IMG/VR virus record: IMGVR_UViG_3300017971_000274
Span: 1 to 64,000 of that record
Source: an uncultured virus (IMG/VR IMGVR_UViG_3300017971_000274)
Taxonomy: Duplodnaviria > Heunggongvirae > Uroviricota > Caudoviricetes
Length of the DNA stretch: 64,000 nt
Strand: one strand, 5' to 3'
Shown: in pieces, positions 48,336 to 58,868 of the stretch
How the letters are laid out: every line of letters begins with the position of its first letter
Position numbering within the stretch: the first letter of the stretch is position 1
Made by a program: the position numbers and the translations under genes
Notes under the pieces: model-generated
What the model was told of the DNA's origin: nothing
Databases searched by the model: none
Seen by the model: only the letters and a program-made list of their open reading frames with translations

Positions 48336-48857
48336 ATGCCCGAAATTTTCCGTTCACGTGATGTTGTCGTTTTCCAGAAGGCTCTCACCTTCACGGCGGA
48401 AGTGCCCGAAAGCGTGGCCACCGCTGGATGGCTTGGGGGTCAGGGTTTTAACTGGGTGCCACCCACACAGGACAACTTCTTGACCACGATCACCGACGGC
48501 GGTTTTGGCGGGTTTGCCTTGTGGGGTTCTGACGAATCTTCCGACGAGTTTACAGCCATGACCAGGAACATGCCGACGTATAGGTTCGTTGTTCTGGGTG
48601 TCGGTGGTTGGCTCATGACGACCTCAACATACGAACGTTACACCTACGCTTCGAGGGCAGGGGGTGGTCCATTTGTGCCAATCGTCTACAACGCGAGTGA
48701 CCGTCTTCTTTTCTCGCTCAGAGGCTATTGGACGAACGAGGACGAATGGACGCTTTCGGGAGATCCTAGAGCGCCAAACAGGAACTTCGTGGGATCAGTC
48801 GTGCAACGTCCTGTCCCATCTCGTAATAATTATTTGACTGTACAGGCTATTCTCTGA
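48336..48857 (+). CDS. paralogue 1 of a tandem triplet
   Basis: GWLGGQG, GFALWGSDE, FSLRG. Confidence 0.8.
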   Translation: MPEIFRSRDVVVFQKALTFTAEVPESVATAGWLGGQGFNWVPPTQDNFLTTITDGGFGGFALWGSDESSDEFTAMTRNMPTYRFVVLGVGGWLMTTSTYERYTYASRAGGGPFVPIVYNASDRLLFSLRGYWTNEDEWTLSGDPRAPNRNFVGSVVQRPVPSRNNYLTVQAIL

Positions 48858-49375
48858 TGACAGAAATTGTCCGCGAACGAGATGTGATTATATTCGTCAA
48901 GGATTTGGCCGTCCCGGTCAATCTGTCTGCGGCGATGTCACAAGCTGGCTGGCCCGGTGGCCAGGGGGTCAAATGGTTCGACAGCGGGTCGGATAATTTC
49001 ACCGTGACCTTCTCGGACGGAGAAGCCGCTGGCTTTTTGCTGTGGGGTTCCAATGAAGACAGTGATCAGTTCATCTCCTATACCGGGAACCAGACGAAGT
49101 ACAACTTCGGGGTTATAGGCGCTGGGACCTGGATCATCTCAACGTTAACGTACGAACGTTACACATTGCAGTCCCGGCTGGTTCCTCCTTTGGTGGAGAA
49201 TGCTTATGTGCCGGGAACCCGGCTTCATTTCTCTCTGAGAGGGTATTTCACACCCCAGGATGAGTGGACCATCAGTGGGGACCCGAGAGCGCCGAACACT
49301 ATTTTCGTGGGGACCGTGATTCACGCTCCCAGTGCTGACAACAAACAATACCTTATGGTTCAACCGTTGATCTGA
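48857..49375 (+). CDS. paralogue 2 of a tandem triplet
   Basis: GWPGGQG, GFLLWGSNE, FSLRG. Confidence 0.8.
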   Translation: MTEIVRERDVIIFVKDLAVPVNLSAAMSQAGWPGGQGVKWFDSGSDNFTVTFSDGEAAGFLLWGSNEDSDQFISYTGNQTKYNFGVIGAGTWIISTLTYERYTLQSRLVPPLVENAYVPGTRLHFSLRGYFTPQDEWTISGDPRAPNTIFVGTVIHAPSADNKQYLMVQPLI

Positions 49376-49938
49376 TGCCTTTTCCACCGCCCATAGGTTC
49401 GTTTCAAGTCGATTTTCACGGGTTTGATATAATCCGGGGCCGAGATTGCGTGATGTTCATGAAGGATGACACCTTCATGGTTCGCGTAGACGACGCGATG
49501 TTACAAGGCGGTTGGCCGGGAGGCCAAGGGGTCCAGTGGGTGAACTCAGACGCCGACGAGTTCGTGGTAACGTATTCCTCTGGGCAGTTCGGTGGGTTCT
49601 TATTGTGGGGATCGGACGAGTCGGCCGACCAGTACACGGCCATGACCCGCCAACAACTTGTCTACGGGGACGCTGTCTTGTGTGGAGGGAGCGCCTTAAT
49701 ATCGACTTCTTCGTACGAGCATTACACGTATGCGTCTCGGACAGGCGGCGGCCCGCTCGTTCCACTGGTGTATAACGTCAACGATACTTTGTATTTCTCG
49801 TTGCGCGGTCTGTGGACCAAGGAGGACGAGTTGACCCTTTCTGGAAGTCCTCTCGCTCCAGCACTCAACGTTGGGCGGACGGCACAAAAGCCACAGCCCG
49901 TCAATCAGCATTTCTTAGGTATCCAGGTCACTCTGTGA
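49375..49938 (+). CDS. paralogue 3 of a tandem triplet
   Basis: GWPGGQG, GFLLWGSDE, FSLRG. Confidence 0.8.
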   Translation: MPFPPPIGSFQVDFHGFDIIRGRDCVMFMKDDTFMVRVDDAMLQGGWPGGQGVQWVNSDADEFVVTYSSGQFGGFLLWGSDESADQYTAMTRQQLVYGDAVLCGGSALISTSSYEHYTYASRTGGGPLVPLVYNVNDTLYFSLRGLWTKEDELTLSGSPLAPALNVGRTAQKPQPVNQHFLGIQVTL

Positions 49939-49955
49939 ATCGCAATCCTGACCAT

Positions 49956-50366
49956 ATGAGTAACGAAGAAGTGGTCTCGGAGGTCGCCACTCTCCAGGAT
50001 GAGATCAAGACGCGGGCTTTCCGGGTACACGCCTTGGCAGACTCATTGTACCGTCGTGTTAGGAGAAGCCCGGTGGACGATAGCACAACGATTTACATGA
50101 CTTACGCCAACGCCGTAATAAGGTACGCGGGCGCTGTTCGGCAGGTTTCGAACCGGACCATACGGACCTCGAAGGTGTTAGACCGGTTATCCGAGGTACG
50201 GGCTGAATCAGCCGACCGTGAACGTGAGCGGCAACATAAGCAGCAACGGCAGCAACAGCGGGAGGAAAGACGACTGGCGACAAGCAGCCCTATGGAATCT
50301 TTGATTAGAACCTATGTAGAGGAGTCCCTTACGCAAGTGCCAACCGGCACGGGTAGCGAAGGCTAA
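49956..50366 (+). CDS. helical hypothetical protein
   Basis: ATG 49956; coupled to the portal gene by TAATG. Confidence 0.6.
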   Translation: MSNEEVVSEVATLQDEIKTRAFRVHALADSLYRRVRRSPVDDSTTIYMTYANAVIRYAGAVRQVSNRTIRTSKVLDRLSEVRAESADRERERQHKQQRQQQREERRLATSSPMESLIRTYVEESLTQVPTGTGSEG

Positions 50367-52159
50367 TGCCCACTAGAAAGTTCACGAACGCCACTTCTGC
50401 TCCTTACGCGACCGTGGTCACACGGGCGATGCCTTCCCCGTACATTGCCAAAGGCCCGGTCAGTTCTTTGACCCCAAAGGAGCTAGAGGCTCGTAAGCTC
50501 CAGAAGATAGCCAATTGCGACTTTGGCGGCTACGGCAGCGGGAATACGACGATGGCTTCTGCCGGGCAGTTCTTCTCCCCGCAGTTGTCTACCGATTTTC
50601 TGGAGTTGCCGCAGTCTCTACGTGAGAAGCGGGAGATCTACAGGCACTTTTATAACACCGACCCGATCGTGGGGCAGTCCATCGATCTGCATACGGAACT
50701 ACCCTTGTCGAAGGTCCGGTTGGCTACCCCGAAGCCAACTACTTGCCCGGAAGGCTTCAAAGACCCTCACGACTACGCCAACTACATTCTGTGGTTCTTC
50801 ACGACCATGTGTGACCGTATAAAGTTGTTCCAGCGGCTCGTCACAATGGTTCACCACTACTGGTTGGATGGCGGAGTCTTCGTGTTTGCTGAAGACTCCG
50901 AGGTCAAGGTTCCGGATGACATCGGATATGACGAGAAGGCTATTGGTGTTAAGTCGATTGTCACGGAGTCAGGTGAGGCTAAAGAAGAGCCTGAGGTAGG
51001 TCTGGTCGAACGAGAGGACCGTGAGGATCAGGAGCTATCTTACTACCAGGAGTACTATCAGGGATGGGATCGGCTCATCCTCCTGCCCATTGATCAGGTA
51101 AAAGTCACGACTTATTCGTTCACGGATAAGCTACGTGTTGAGTTGATACCGGCCGAGCGGGACCGCGCTCTTATAAATCAGGCTAAGTCCGGTGACGAGT
51201 TCGCGGAAGAGATGGTCCGCGAGATGCCTGAAGAGGTACGGGATCATATTGAAAACGGTAAACTCATTCCCTTGGGCACAGACCCGGATGAGGGGTCATT
51301 CTGTTATTACCTAGCCGGGCGACGTGGTGCTGGCGAAGACCTGGGGCAGAGCATCTTAGACCGCGTTCTCCGGACGTTGTACTACCGGGAAAAGCTACGT
51401 CAGGCTCAGACCCAGATTGCTTCCAGGGCGATGACGCCCAAGCGTATCGTCTGGGGCGACAGAATTTCCGAGATGGATGTTAACGATTTGAGGGAGCAAG
51501 TCGATTTGGCCCTCGTCGATCCTGACTATTCGATTGTCACCAACTATGAAGTCCGTTGGGAAGAAATCGGAGCCAGGGACCGGCTTCTGGATTTGTCGAG
51601 CGAATATGACATCACGGACAAGCAACTGTACGCGGGTCTGGGTGTCACTGAGAGCCTGTTATCCGGAGAGACGTTGTACTCCGGAGACAGGCTCAAGCTC
51701 GAAGTCATAAACACCCGGTACATGTTCTTGCGGGAGATGGTTCAGGAATATGTGGAGAACTATCTCTTTAAGCCCATTGCCCGGCGCAAGGGGTTTGTGG
51801 AGAAGAACGCCTGGGGTGGTGAGGTGGTGTTATACCCTCGTCTCTCGTTCACGAGACTACCGCTGCGGGACTCCCAGGACACTTATGACGCCCTGTTCAA
51901 TCTCTACCAGAAGGGGTCGATCGACATCAGTCTCATTTTGGAGATGTTCAACATCGATCCGGACGACACCAAGCTCAAGTTAGAGAAGGACATGTTTACG
52001 GTCAACGACGCCCTGTTCAACGAAGCTCTCCGGGGCATCTACAATGGCGTGGCAGACCGTATCATCGAAAACACAGACGTGGTCGATAGGGTCCAAAAGG
52101 CATTGAAGCTTAAAGAGGTGCCGAAACCCGAGGGCGGCGGTGAAGAGGAGCGGTGGTAG
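50366..52159 (+). CDS. portal protein
   Basis: 597 aa between terminase and head genes; YRHFYNTDPIVGQSIDLH, GQSIL, GLGVTESLLSG patterns. Confidence 0.7.
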   Translation: MPTRKFTNATSAPYATVVTRAMPSPYIAKGPVSSLTPKELEARKLQKIANCDFGGYGSGNTTMASAGQFFSPQLSTDFLELPQSLREKREIYRHFYNTDPIVGQSIDLHTELPLSKVRLATPKPTTCPEGFKDPHDYANYILWFFTTMCDRIKLFQRLVTMVHHYWLDGGVFVFAEDSEVKVPDDIGYDEKAIGVKSIVTESGEAKEEPEVGLVEREDREDQELSYYQEYYQGWDRLILLPIDQVKVTTYSFTDKLRVELIPAERDRALINQAKSGDEFAEEMVREMPEEVRDHIENGKLIPLGTDPDEGSFCYYLAGRRGAGEDLGQSILDRVLRTLYYREKLRQAQTQIASRAMTPKRIVWGDRISEMDVNDLREQVDLALVDPDYSIVTNYEVRWEEIGARDRLLDLSSEYDITDKQLYAGLGVTESLLSGETLYSGDRLKLEVINTRYMFLREMVQEYVENYLFKPIARRKGFVEKNAWGGEVVLYPRLSFTRLPLRDSQDTYDALFNLYQKGSIDISLILEMFNIDPDDTKLKLEKDMFTVNDALFNEALRGIYNGVADRIIENTDVVDRVQKALKLKEVPKPEGGGEEERW

Positions 52160-52188
52160 ATTAGTCTTTCGATAGATTTGTTCTACCG

Positions 52189-55023
52189 ATGGAACGGTTC
52201 GCCACCAAGTCAGATTCTCAGCGCGAAGACGAAGAGACTGAGCGTCTGGTTCGAGAGAGTCCCAAGGTGAAGCCCCCTCGCCACGACAAGCGTCGTGAGC
52301 GGGTAGAGCCTGATAAGGACGAGGACTTGTCTCAGAAGGACGAGGACCTCTCTCATAATTATAAGGATGTCGGCGGGTCAGTCCATACGGCCAAGAAGAG
52401 GCAGGACCTGATTACTGTTAGGTTGAAGGAGGACCCCAGTAAGACTGTCCAGGTCACGAAAGAGAAGCTCAAGAAAGAGCCTCATAAATACGAGGAGATC
52501 AAGAAAGAGGAACCAGAGCCGGAAGAGAAGCCACAGCCAGAAGCGGAACCGGAAGAAGCGAAACCCAAGGCTGTCAAAACCCCGGAAACGGACCTTGAAG
52601 CGGCTAAGTCTCTGGCCGCGATGCGGGCGAACGACGCCCAATTTGACAATTTTCTCAAGGATTTCTTGAACCCGAAGAAAGACATGGGGTCGTGGGCTAT
52701 ATCGAACCCGGAGACCTCCATAGATCAGGTCAAAGACGTTTTCCACGGCCGTACATTGCCCAAGGAAATTGAGACATTGGGCGATTTGGTGCGTGTCCTC
52801 AAGCTCAAGCCGAAGAAAAAGAAAGGGCCAACGAAGCCGGTCGCACCACCGTCCGGCGAGGTACCGGCCGAAGAGGCTCCTGACGAGGAGGAGGCTCCTG
52901 ACGAGGAGAGCGAAGAGGAAATTCCAGAGGAGGTCTCGGACGAAAAACCTAAGAAGAAGCCTTCGAAGAAAAAGAAGCTTCCACCTCCTCCTGGCTCTCC
53001 TACTCGTCCGTACACTCAGGCTGAATTTAAGGACTCTCGTGACCAGCTACGGAGAACGTTTTCTCCGGAGGTGGCGCTCGATTTGATGCTGATCAGGCCG
53101 CCGATCCACCCGGACGAAGTTAACAAGATGATCTCGGACTTCAACGTCGCCAAGTCGATTCCTGTTGAGACGGAGGATTTCGACAAGCTTCGCGAGAACT
53201 TGGAGTCTTACACGATGGACCCCTCCGAGGTCCCGGACCCCAAGATGGTGGAGATCGACGGTAAAAGTGTCAGTTATGACGAGCTACCTGAGGGGGAGGA
53301 AAAAGAAGAGGCCAAGCGTCGGCATCAAGTCCAGACCGTGGCCATGAATTTGGCGGCCCGAAACGCAGTAGCCAAAAGTATAGAGAAAGACGGAATCCCG
53401 CCTGACTTGGCCGAAGAGTTAGCTGGTTTCACTTTGTCGGGGAAGGACGAGAACCCAAGTGCTCGATCCCAACGAGCCGCCAAAATGTCCGAAGTGTTGT
53501 TTTATAGCGGCTTGGAAAAGACCGATCACAAGCCCGTCGAACCGGAAGCCGTGAAGAAACTTTTGAAGAGGTTCGGGGCCGACCCGGCCGCTCAGAAGGT
53601 GGCCACGGGTTATCTACAGGCTATGGATTACCAGGACGCCCGTAAGAGGTTCTTAGACCCGGACTCCAAAGAACATATATCTGAGTACCAAACCCCAAAG
53701 GAAATCGTTTCAAGACTGGGTAAGGCTATGCGTTTCCTCAGGGAGCGAGAGGGAAATTACCCCAGCGTCGATAACGATATTCCTACACTTTTTAAACTAA
53801 GGATCACGCGGAACCTGGGTGCCCTGGTGCCCGACAAACAGAGGGAAATTCAAGATTTATTAGACGAAGAAGACAATCGCCAATACGAAGCCGCCCTCAA
53901 AAAGTACCAAGAAGAGATGCGTGCGTATAAGAAACGATTGAGTCGAGCGAAGAGCGCGTTCAAGAGAGCCATGGCCAGATATAGGGAAAGAAAAGCAGAG
54001 GGTAAGAAAGCCAGAGTGCCCCTGTCCACCGAAGATCGGTTGGCGAAGCAGGGTGTTTCTGAGCCGCAAGAACCTAGAAAACCGCCTAGATATGACTTGT
54101 TTGGCAAGGAGCCGCAGGAGTTAGAAGCGACGGCCAAAGAGTTTTGGGACTCTTTCAGGAGTCGGACTGCCAGTAGTTCGGCCAGGGTCAGGGTGGTGGT
54201 CCGGCATCTTCACGCCGCTGGAAAATTAAGGCCAGCCAATCCTTTTTCTATTTATTTCAATACTTCTGCGATGGGTAAAAATCGTCAGGCTGTCTATTGG
54301 GGTGTTGAACCCAACGCGGTCGATCCTTATCGAGGGTGGTCACAACCTAGGGATCAAGACCTAACTGATCGTGAGTATTCCAAGATTTTGGCGTCCGCTC
54401 AGAGATGGCTCCAGGCTCCGGTGTTGACAGTAAACATCGAGGGAGTGCCTCGTGACGCTCAGTATCGGGCGGCTCTAGATTTGGCGATTCGGACAGAGGG
54501 GTACGACCGTGTAATCCATCCGACCGCCTATAATAGTTTGTTAGCTCGTCTTGCAGGAGAACCACAACCTCAAGATGAGACGTTGTTAACAACCACAGAG
54601 AAACTAGCGAGGAGAAAGATGTCCAACAAAGTGGAGTTTGACACAAGCGCTGCCGACCGCGTTCTGGCTCGTCTGGATCGTATTGCCAGCACAATCCAGG
54701 AGAATCACGAGAAGTGGGGCATGAAGTTCGAAGAAGCCAAGGAACTCGTGAACGAGATCGATCGGGTTGCTGACGATTTCGAGACCGCCGCCTACGGTGA
54801 GAAGTCTATGACCGTTCGGCAAGCTCAGATTCTGCAAGCCAGCGACAAGAAGGCGGAGGTCCTTCAGCGTGACGGCGATGAGCCGTACATGGACACCTTC
54901 CAGAATCCGTCGCAGCCGCATCAGACGGAAGCTGACGAGCCGTATATGCAAGCCTACGGGAACGATGATTCCTCTGGCGTGCATCACGGCAAGGCAGAGA
55001 ACGGCCGCCCTCTCGCTCCATAA
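52189..55023 (+). CDS. large charged head-associated protein with possible nested starts
   Basis: 944 aa; KxA/RxA motifs; internal SD-ATG at 54619. Confidence 0.7.
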   Translation: MERFATKSDSQREDEETERLVRESPKVKPPRHDKRRERVEPDKDEDLSQKDEDLSHNYKDVGGSVHTAKKRQDLITVRLKEDPSKTVQVTKEKLKKEPHKYEEIKKEEPEPEEKPQPEAEPEEAKPKAVKTPETDLEAAKSLAAMRANDAQFDNFLKDFLNPKKDMGSWAISNPETSIDQVKDVFHGRTLPKEIETLGDLVRVLKLKPKKKKGPTKPVAPPSGEVPAEEAPDEEEAPDEESEEEIPEEVSDEKPKKKPSKKKKLPPPPGSPTRPYTQAEFKDSRDQLRRTFSPEVALDLMLIRPPIHPDEVNKMISDFNVAKSIPVETEDFDKLRENLESYTMDPSEVPDPKMVEIDGKSVSYDELPEGEEKEEAKRRHQVQTVAMNLAARNAVAKSIEKDGIPPDLAEELAGFTLSGKDENPSARSQRAAKMSEVLFYSGLEKTDHKPVEPEAVKKLLKRFGADPAAQKVATGYLQAMDYQDARKRFLDPDSKEHISEYQTPKEIVSRLGKAMRFLREREGNYPSVDNDIPTLFKLRITRNLGALVPDKQREIQDLLDEEDNRQYEAALKKYQEEMRAYKKRLSRAKSAFKRAMARYRERKAEGKKARVPLSTEDRLAKQGVSEPQEPRKPPRYDLFGKEPQELEATAKEFWDSFRSRTASSSARVRVVVRHLHAAGKLRPANPFSIYFNTSAMGKNRQAVYWGVEPNAVDPYRGWSQPRDQDLTDREYSKILASAQRWLQAPVLTVNIEGVPRDAQYRAALDLAIRTEGYDRVIHPTAYNSLLARLAGEPQPQDETLLTTTEKLARRKMSNKVEFDTSAADRVLARLDRIASTIQENHEKWGMKFEEAKELVNEIDRVADDFETAAYGEKSMTVRQAQILQASDKKAEVLQRDGDEPYMDTFQNPSQPHQTEADEPYMQAYGNDDSSGVHHGKAENGRPLAP

Positions 55024-55040
55024 CGTAAGCGGGATTCAAA

Positions 55041-55763
55041 TTGATCGACTTCTGGAAACTCGTTAAGGATTACAGCATCGGGGATGTCGTTGAACGATTC
55101 GCCCCGGCGTCTGGATCTACGCTTTCTCCGTTCGTGGGCCGCGTAACAGCGGTCCACCGTGGGTTGGGGCAAGTTGACGTTCAGTGGCCTTATGGCAACG
55201 AACGGATGTCGCCGGACGAAATCATCCGGGTGGACCCCAAACTCACATGTTACATGCCTCCGGAGTTCGATCAATCTTACATGAGCTACGACATTGCCGA
55301 AGCTCGAAAACGTTGGGCATCCTCTTCCCCGTGGAGAGGGTCTGAATTACCCGCTGGTTTTTATCATGAGTTGGCGAAACTCTGGAAGGATGGCGCGAAT
55401 GAGGTGGGAGCCTACGATGCGCTGTGGCATCGTTACGCCGCCTCCGGAGTTTCGGACGATAGCTTACGCGATGAAGTCGAGAAGTTTTATCGCGTCTCAG
55501 AGCGGCTGAGAGACCTTAGGATTCAGCAACACGTAGAGAAAACCGCCGCCTACTGGGTTGCCCTGAACCGCACATACCGGGCGACCCAGAGGGAAATCGA
55601 TGCTGGGAAGCCCTCTTGCCCCAAGTGTGGAACCCAGATGCGTCGCACCACTTACAAGATGAAGGATGGCGCATGTGTGCGGCTTTTTGCGTGCCCGCAG
55701 GATTTGTTCCTCATCAAATCTGACTCCATTCTGAATCCTGAGGGGGAGTCGTTAGGGTGGTGA
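55041..55763 (+). CDS. hypothetical protein with C-terminal Zn ribbon
   Basis: CPKCG...CPQD; KTAA. Confidence 0.7.
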   Translation: MIDFWKLVKDYSIGDVVERFAPASGSTLSPFVGRVTAVHRGLGQVDVQWPYGNERMSPDEIIRVDPKLTCYMPPEFDQSYMSYDIAEARKRWASSSPWRGSELPAGFYHELAKLWKDGANEVGAYDALWHRYAASGVSDDSLRDEVEKFYRVSERLRDLRIQQHVEKTAAYWVALNRTYRATQREIDAGKPSCPKCGTQMRRTTYKMKDGACVRLFACPQDLFLIKSDSILNPEGESLGW

Positions 55764-56044
55764 GCAGAGGCGGAAATACGACTTACGACCGTCGGGGTCT
55801 TTCAAGAAGCGCTGGAAAGAGCTTACACGAGTTGGTCCGTGATATCGACAAAGCTATGACGGACTTAGCGCGTTCTGTAGGTAAGACTGAGGGGTCCCTC
55901 AAAGATTTGGGTAAGGATCTGAAAGGTGTGAACCCTCTATTGGACGAAGGGTGGTCAGAGTCCTACGAGAGCAGCAAAGAGGCTAGACAGTCGTTCGAAA
56001 AGCTGTCTCAGCTAGTGTTAGAACTGAAGCGTAGGGTTGGCTAA
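55757..56044 (+). CDS. small helical protein (YDRR motif)
   Basis: TYDRR near the N-terminus. Confidence 0.6.
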   Translation: MVSRGGNTTYDRRGLSRSAGKSLHELVRDIDKAMTDLARSVGKTEGSLKDLGKDLKGVNPLLDEGWSESYESSKEARQSFEKLSQLVLELKRRVG

Positions 56045-56051
56045 AGGTCAG

Positions 56052-57512
56052 ATGGCTTTTCTCAAGTACGCAAAAGCAACTGTTCAAAAGCCGGACGTAA
56101 GTTTTTCGGAGTGGGATGCTCTGCGCAGCAACGCCGTAATTCCTTCGCCAGACTTTCAGAAGCGTACAGCCAAGGTCATCCTACAGGAGTATGATCCGGC
56201 CAAGTACATGCTGAGCCACGCGACCATCGTGGCGTCAGTGGATGTTGATGAGGCAACGGCTCCTCTCGGCCGCCACTTTGTGGACGGCTTTGAGGTGGAT
56301 CGTAAGTATACCGATTATTACATTACCCCGAAGACGGCCCCGTTTGTTAACAACAATAACGACGCTTTCGAGCGCAAGCTCTTACTGGCCAGCTTCAAGA
56401 CGTTTGTAGGCGCTCAGTCCTATGTTGAGCACGTCCAGATCCCGGAGCTATCCAAAGGTCGAATCATAGATGCTGCGGCCAGGGATGTTGGAGACTCTGT
56501 ATACATCGACATCCTGATTGCTAACGATCTTAGACACGCTCCTCTGATCCGGGCCATCAAGAGCGGTCAGTTGGGCACCCTGTCCATGGGATGCTCCACT
56601 TCGTCCACCACATGCACGAAGTGTGGAAACGTGGCGCTGGACGAAGCCCAGCTATGTTCCTGTGTACGATACTTCAAGGGTAATAAGTTCAGGGACGAAC
56701 AGGGCATCGAACGTATAATCGCTGAGCTATGTGGTCATTTTTCGGACCCTGATTCTGTTAAGTTCATCGAAGCCTCGTGGGTTGCCAACCCGGCGTTCAA
56801 GGGCGCTGTCCTCAGGAACATTCTCTCGGCCGACGGGTTTGAGGGCCTTGAAACACGAATGAACATAGCTTTCTCGCGTCCGTCTCCGGTGGCTGATCCT
56901 AACCATATGCCCAAGGCCGCCCGGCTGGGTCAGCAACAACAGTTCGTGCCTGACGACGATGTCGCCCCGAAAGAGGAGCCTAAACAGGAGGCCCCTCTTC
57001 AAAAAGCTATTACCGACTTAACGGACGCGGTCCGCGACCAAGTCGTTGAAAACATTAGAGAAGAACTTAACAAGCAAGAAGTGGATAAGGTCCGGGCTAT
57101 CGATCCTAACCAACAAAATGAGACGTTGATCCGGTCAGCCTTGAAGAACCCCGGATGGCGTAAGGTCGCCAAAATGGTGATTTCTTTTGTTGGAAAGACA
57201 GAGGCTAGAAAGGTTCTTCACGGAGTAATTCTACATAGGTACGGAGGTTGGTCCTTAGTTAGGAAAGCTGGGTTTACGGGTAGAGAGGTGTTAGCTGTAT
57301 CCAGAGTTCTTGACTTGCTGACTAAGAAATCCTCAATGGCTGGCGAAAATAGAGTTTATAGGGCCGTTCTTAATGTAGGTGGGACAGGCCCATATGAAGA
57401 TGTAGAGACCTACCTGACGGCTTGTCGTCAGGTGCTCGGCCGGGCAGTGACAGGCAGCGAAGCTGCCCAATTGCTGGAAAAAGGTCGGCTGTACGCCTTA
57501 GGACGGTCGTAA
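56052..57512 (+). CDS. putative prohead maturation protease
   Basis: EH...GRIIDA, LSMGC, EASWVANPAF (HK97/herpes-type protease pattern); precedes scaffold and capsid genes. Confidence 0.7.
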   Translation: MAFLKYAKATVQKPDVSFSEWDALRSNAVIPSPDFQKRTAKVILQEYDPAKYMLSHATIVASVDVDEATAPLGRHFVDGFEVDRKYTDYYITPKTAPFVNNNNDAFERKLLLASFKTFVGAQSYVEHVQIPELSKGRIIDAAARDVGDSVYIDILIANDLRHAPLIRAIKSGQLGTLSMGCSTSSTTCTKCGNVALDEAQLCSCVRYFKGNKFRDEQGIERIIAELCGHFSDPDSVKFIEASWVANPAFKGAVLRNILSADGFEGLETRMNIAFSRPSPVADPNHMPKAARLGQQQQFVPDDDVAPKEEPKQEAPLQKAITDLTDAVRDQVVENIREELNKQEVDKVRAIDPNQQNETLIRSALKNPGWRKVAKMVISFVGKTEARKVLHGVILHRYGGWSLVRKAGFTGREVLAVSRVLDLLTKKSSMAGENRVYRAVLNVGGTGPYEDVETYLTACRQVLGRAVTGSEAAQLLEKGRLYALGRS

Positions 57513-57557
57513 ATCTTTTATACAAACACACAGACATAACAACAAAGGAACTCTGCC

Positions 57558-58763
57558 ATGCGTGAGCGTTCTACCTGGAATCGAGAAGAAGTAATGAAGA
57601 AGGCTGCTGCTCTAAACAAAGTGGCAGATCCTTACACCATGAACCAGACCCGTACCCAGCCCCCTGCGGATGAGTATGTCACAGGCGATCCGTCAACGTT
57701 CGCTGAAGACGTACACACTCCTAACACCTGGGAGTCCGAGTACGCTGGTGACGACGTTCGTCGGAATGAGATTGGTATGCCTGAGATGAGGGGCGATACC
57801 TTCAATCATCCGGAGAAGACGGCGTCGAAAGAGGTCTTACTCAAGAAGGCGGATCTGTGCATCGCTGTTGCGAAGCTCATGATGAAGGACGCCTCTGAGG
57901 AAGCCATCGAAGATCAGTCCGTGTCTCTCATGCACCTGCCCGATCAAGAGTTGATCGATACCCACAAGCGGTTGGCGGGCGACGATGAAGACGATGACGA
58001 TGACGATGATCAGGGTGGCGATCAGGACCAAGATCAACAGTCGTCCAAGAAGGCCGATGACGAGGGCGAGGGTGACAAAGCCGCCGCCGAAGAGGGTGAC
58101 AAAGCCGCCGCCGAAGACGAAGGCGAGAAGAAGGACGACGACGAGGAGGGCCAGGAGAAGAAAGCCAAGGATGTGACAGCCGAAGAGGTGGTCAAGAACA
58201 TCCAGGCCGGGAATCTCACAGAGGCCCAGGAGCAGATTCAGCAACTGGTCCAGGCCCAGCAAGCTCAGGCCCAGCAAGCCCAGGACCAACAGGTCCAGGT
58301 CCAGGACGTTCAACAAGTCAGCCAACAGGTCCAGGACATGATCCAGGAGGCTTTGCAGCAACAGACACAGACTGCTCAGCCCCAGGAGCAAGTGATCCAG
58401 ACCGACGAGCAGGTTTTGGACGACATGCTGGCCGGTGCTGGTTGCCAGACGGCTGAGACGGATATCCAAATGGAGCCAGCCCAGATGGATGTGACCGTCG
58501 AAGACCTGGGTCCAGAAGACGAGGTCCTTCAACAGCTTTTCGCCGCTGAACAGGGCGAGGACGAGAAGAAGGACGAGGACGAGGGCGAGAAGAAGGAGGC
58601 GGCCGTTCGTACCGCTTCCACCCGGACAGTTGGTACCAAGCCTACCGAGGGTGTCTCTAAGCTGGGCGGCGCTTCGTCCGCTGGTGGAGACGAAGGTATC
58701 GACAAGCTGTCCAAGCTCTGGAAGTCGGCCCCTGACGTTCGGGACGTTTTCGGAACTCGCTAA
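57558..58763 (+). CDS. putative capsid scaffolding protein
   Basis: Acidic and Gln-rich, many KxA sites, position. Confidence 0.65.
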   Translation: MRERSTWNREEVMKKAAALNKVADPYTMNQTRTQPPADEYVTGDPSTFAEDVHTPNTWESEYAGDDVRRNEIGMPEMRGDTFNHPEKTASKEVLLKKADLCIAVAKLMMKDASEEAIEDQSVSLMHLPDQELIDTHKRLAGDDEDDDDDDDQGGDQDQDQQSSKKADDEGEGDKAAAEEGDKAAAEDEGEKKDDDEEGQEKKAKDVTAEEVVKNIQAGNLTEAQEQIQQLVQAQQAQAQQAQDQQVQVQDVQQVSQQVQDMIQEALQQQTQTAQPQEQVIQTDEQVLDDMLAGAGCQTAETDIQMEPAQMDVTVEDLGPEDEVLQQLFAAEQGEDEKKDEDEGEKKEAAVRTASTRTVGTKPTEGVSKLGGASSAGGDEGIDKLSKLWKSAPDVRDVFGTR

Positions 58764-58868
58764 TCAACGCTTTCCCACCTTGACCTCTGTGTGGGTCTAA
58801 GGTGCTTAGATCAGATCGAATGTAAAGCACCCTAGTGAAACGCCTGTGAAAAAGGAGAGAGGTCAAAT

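Noticed and set aside
58068..58117. Direct repeat GAGGGTGACAAAGCCGCCGCCGAAGA
   Set aside because: In-frame duplication (EGDKAAAE) within the low-complexity scaffold
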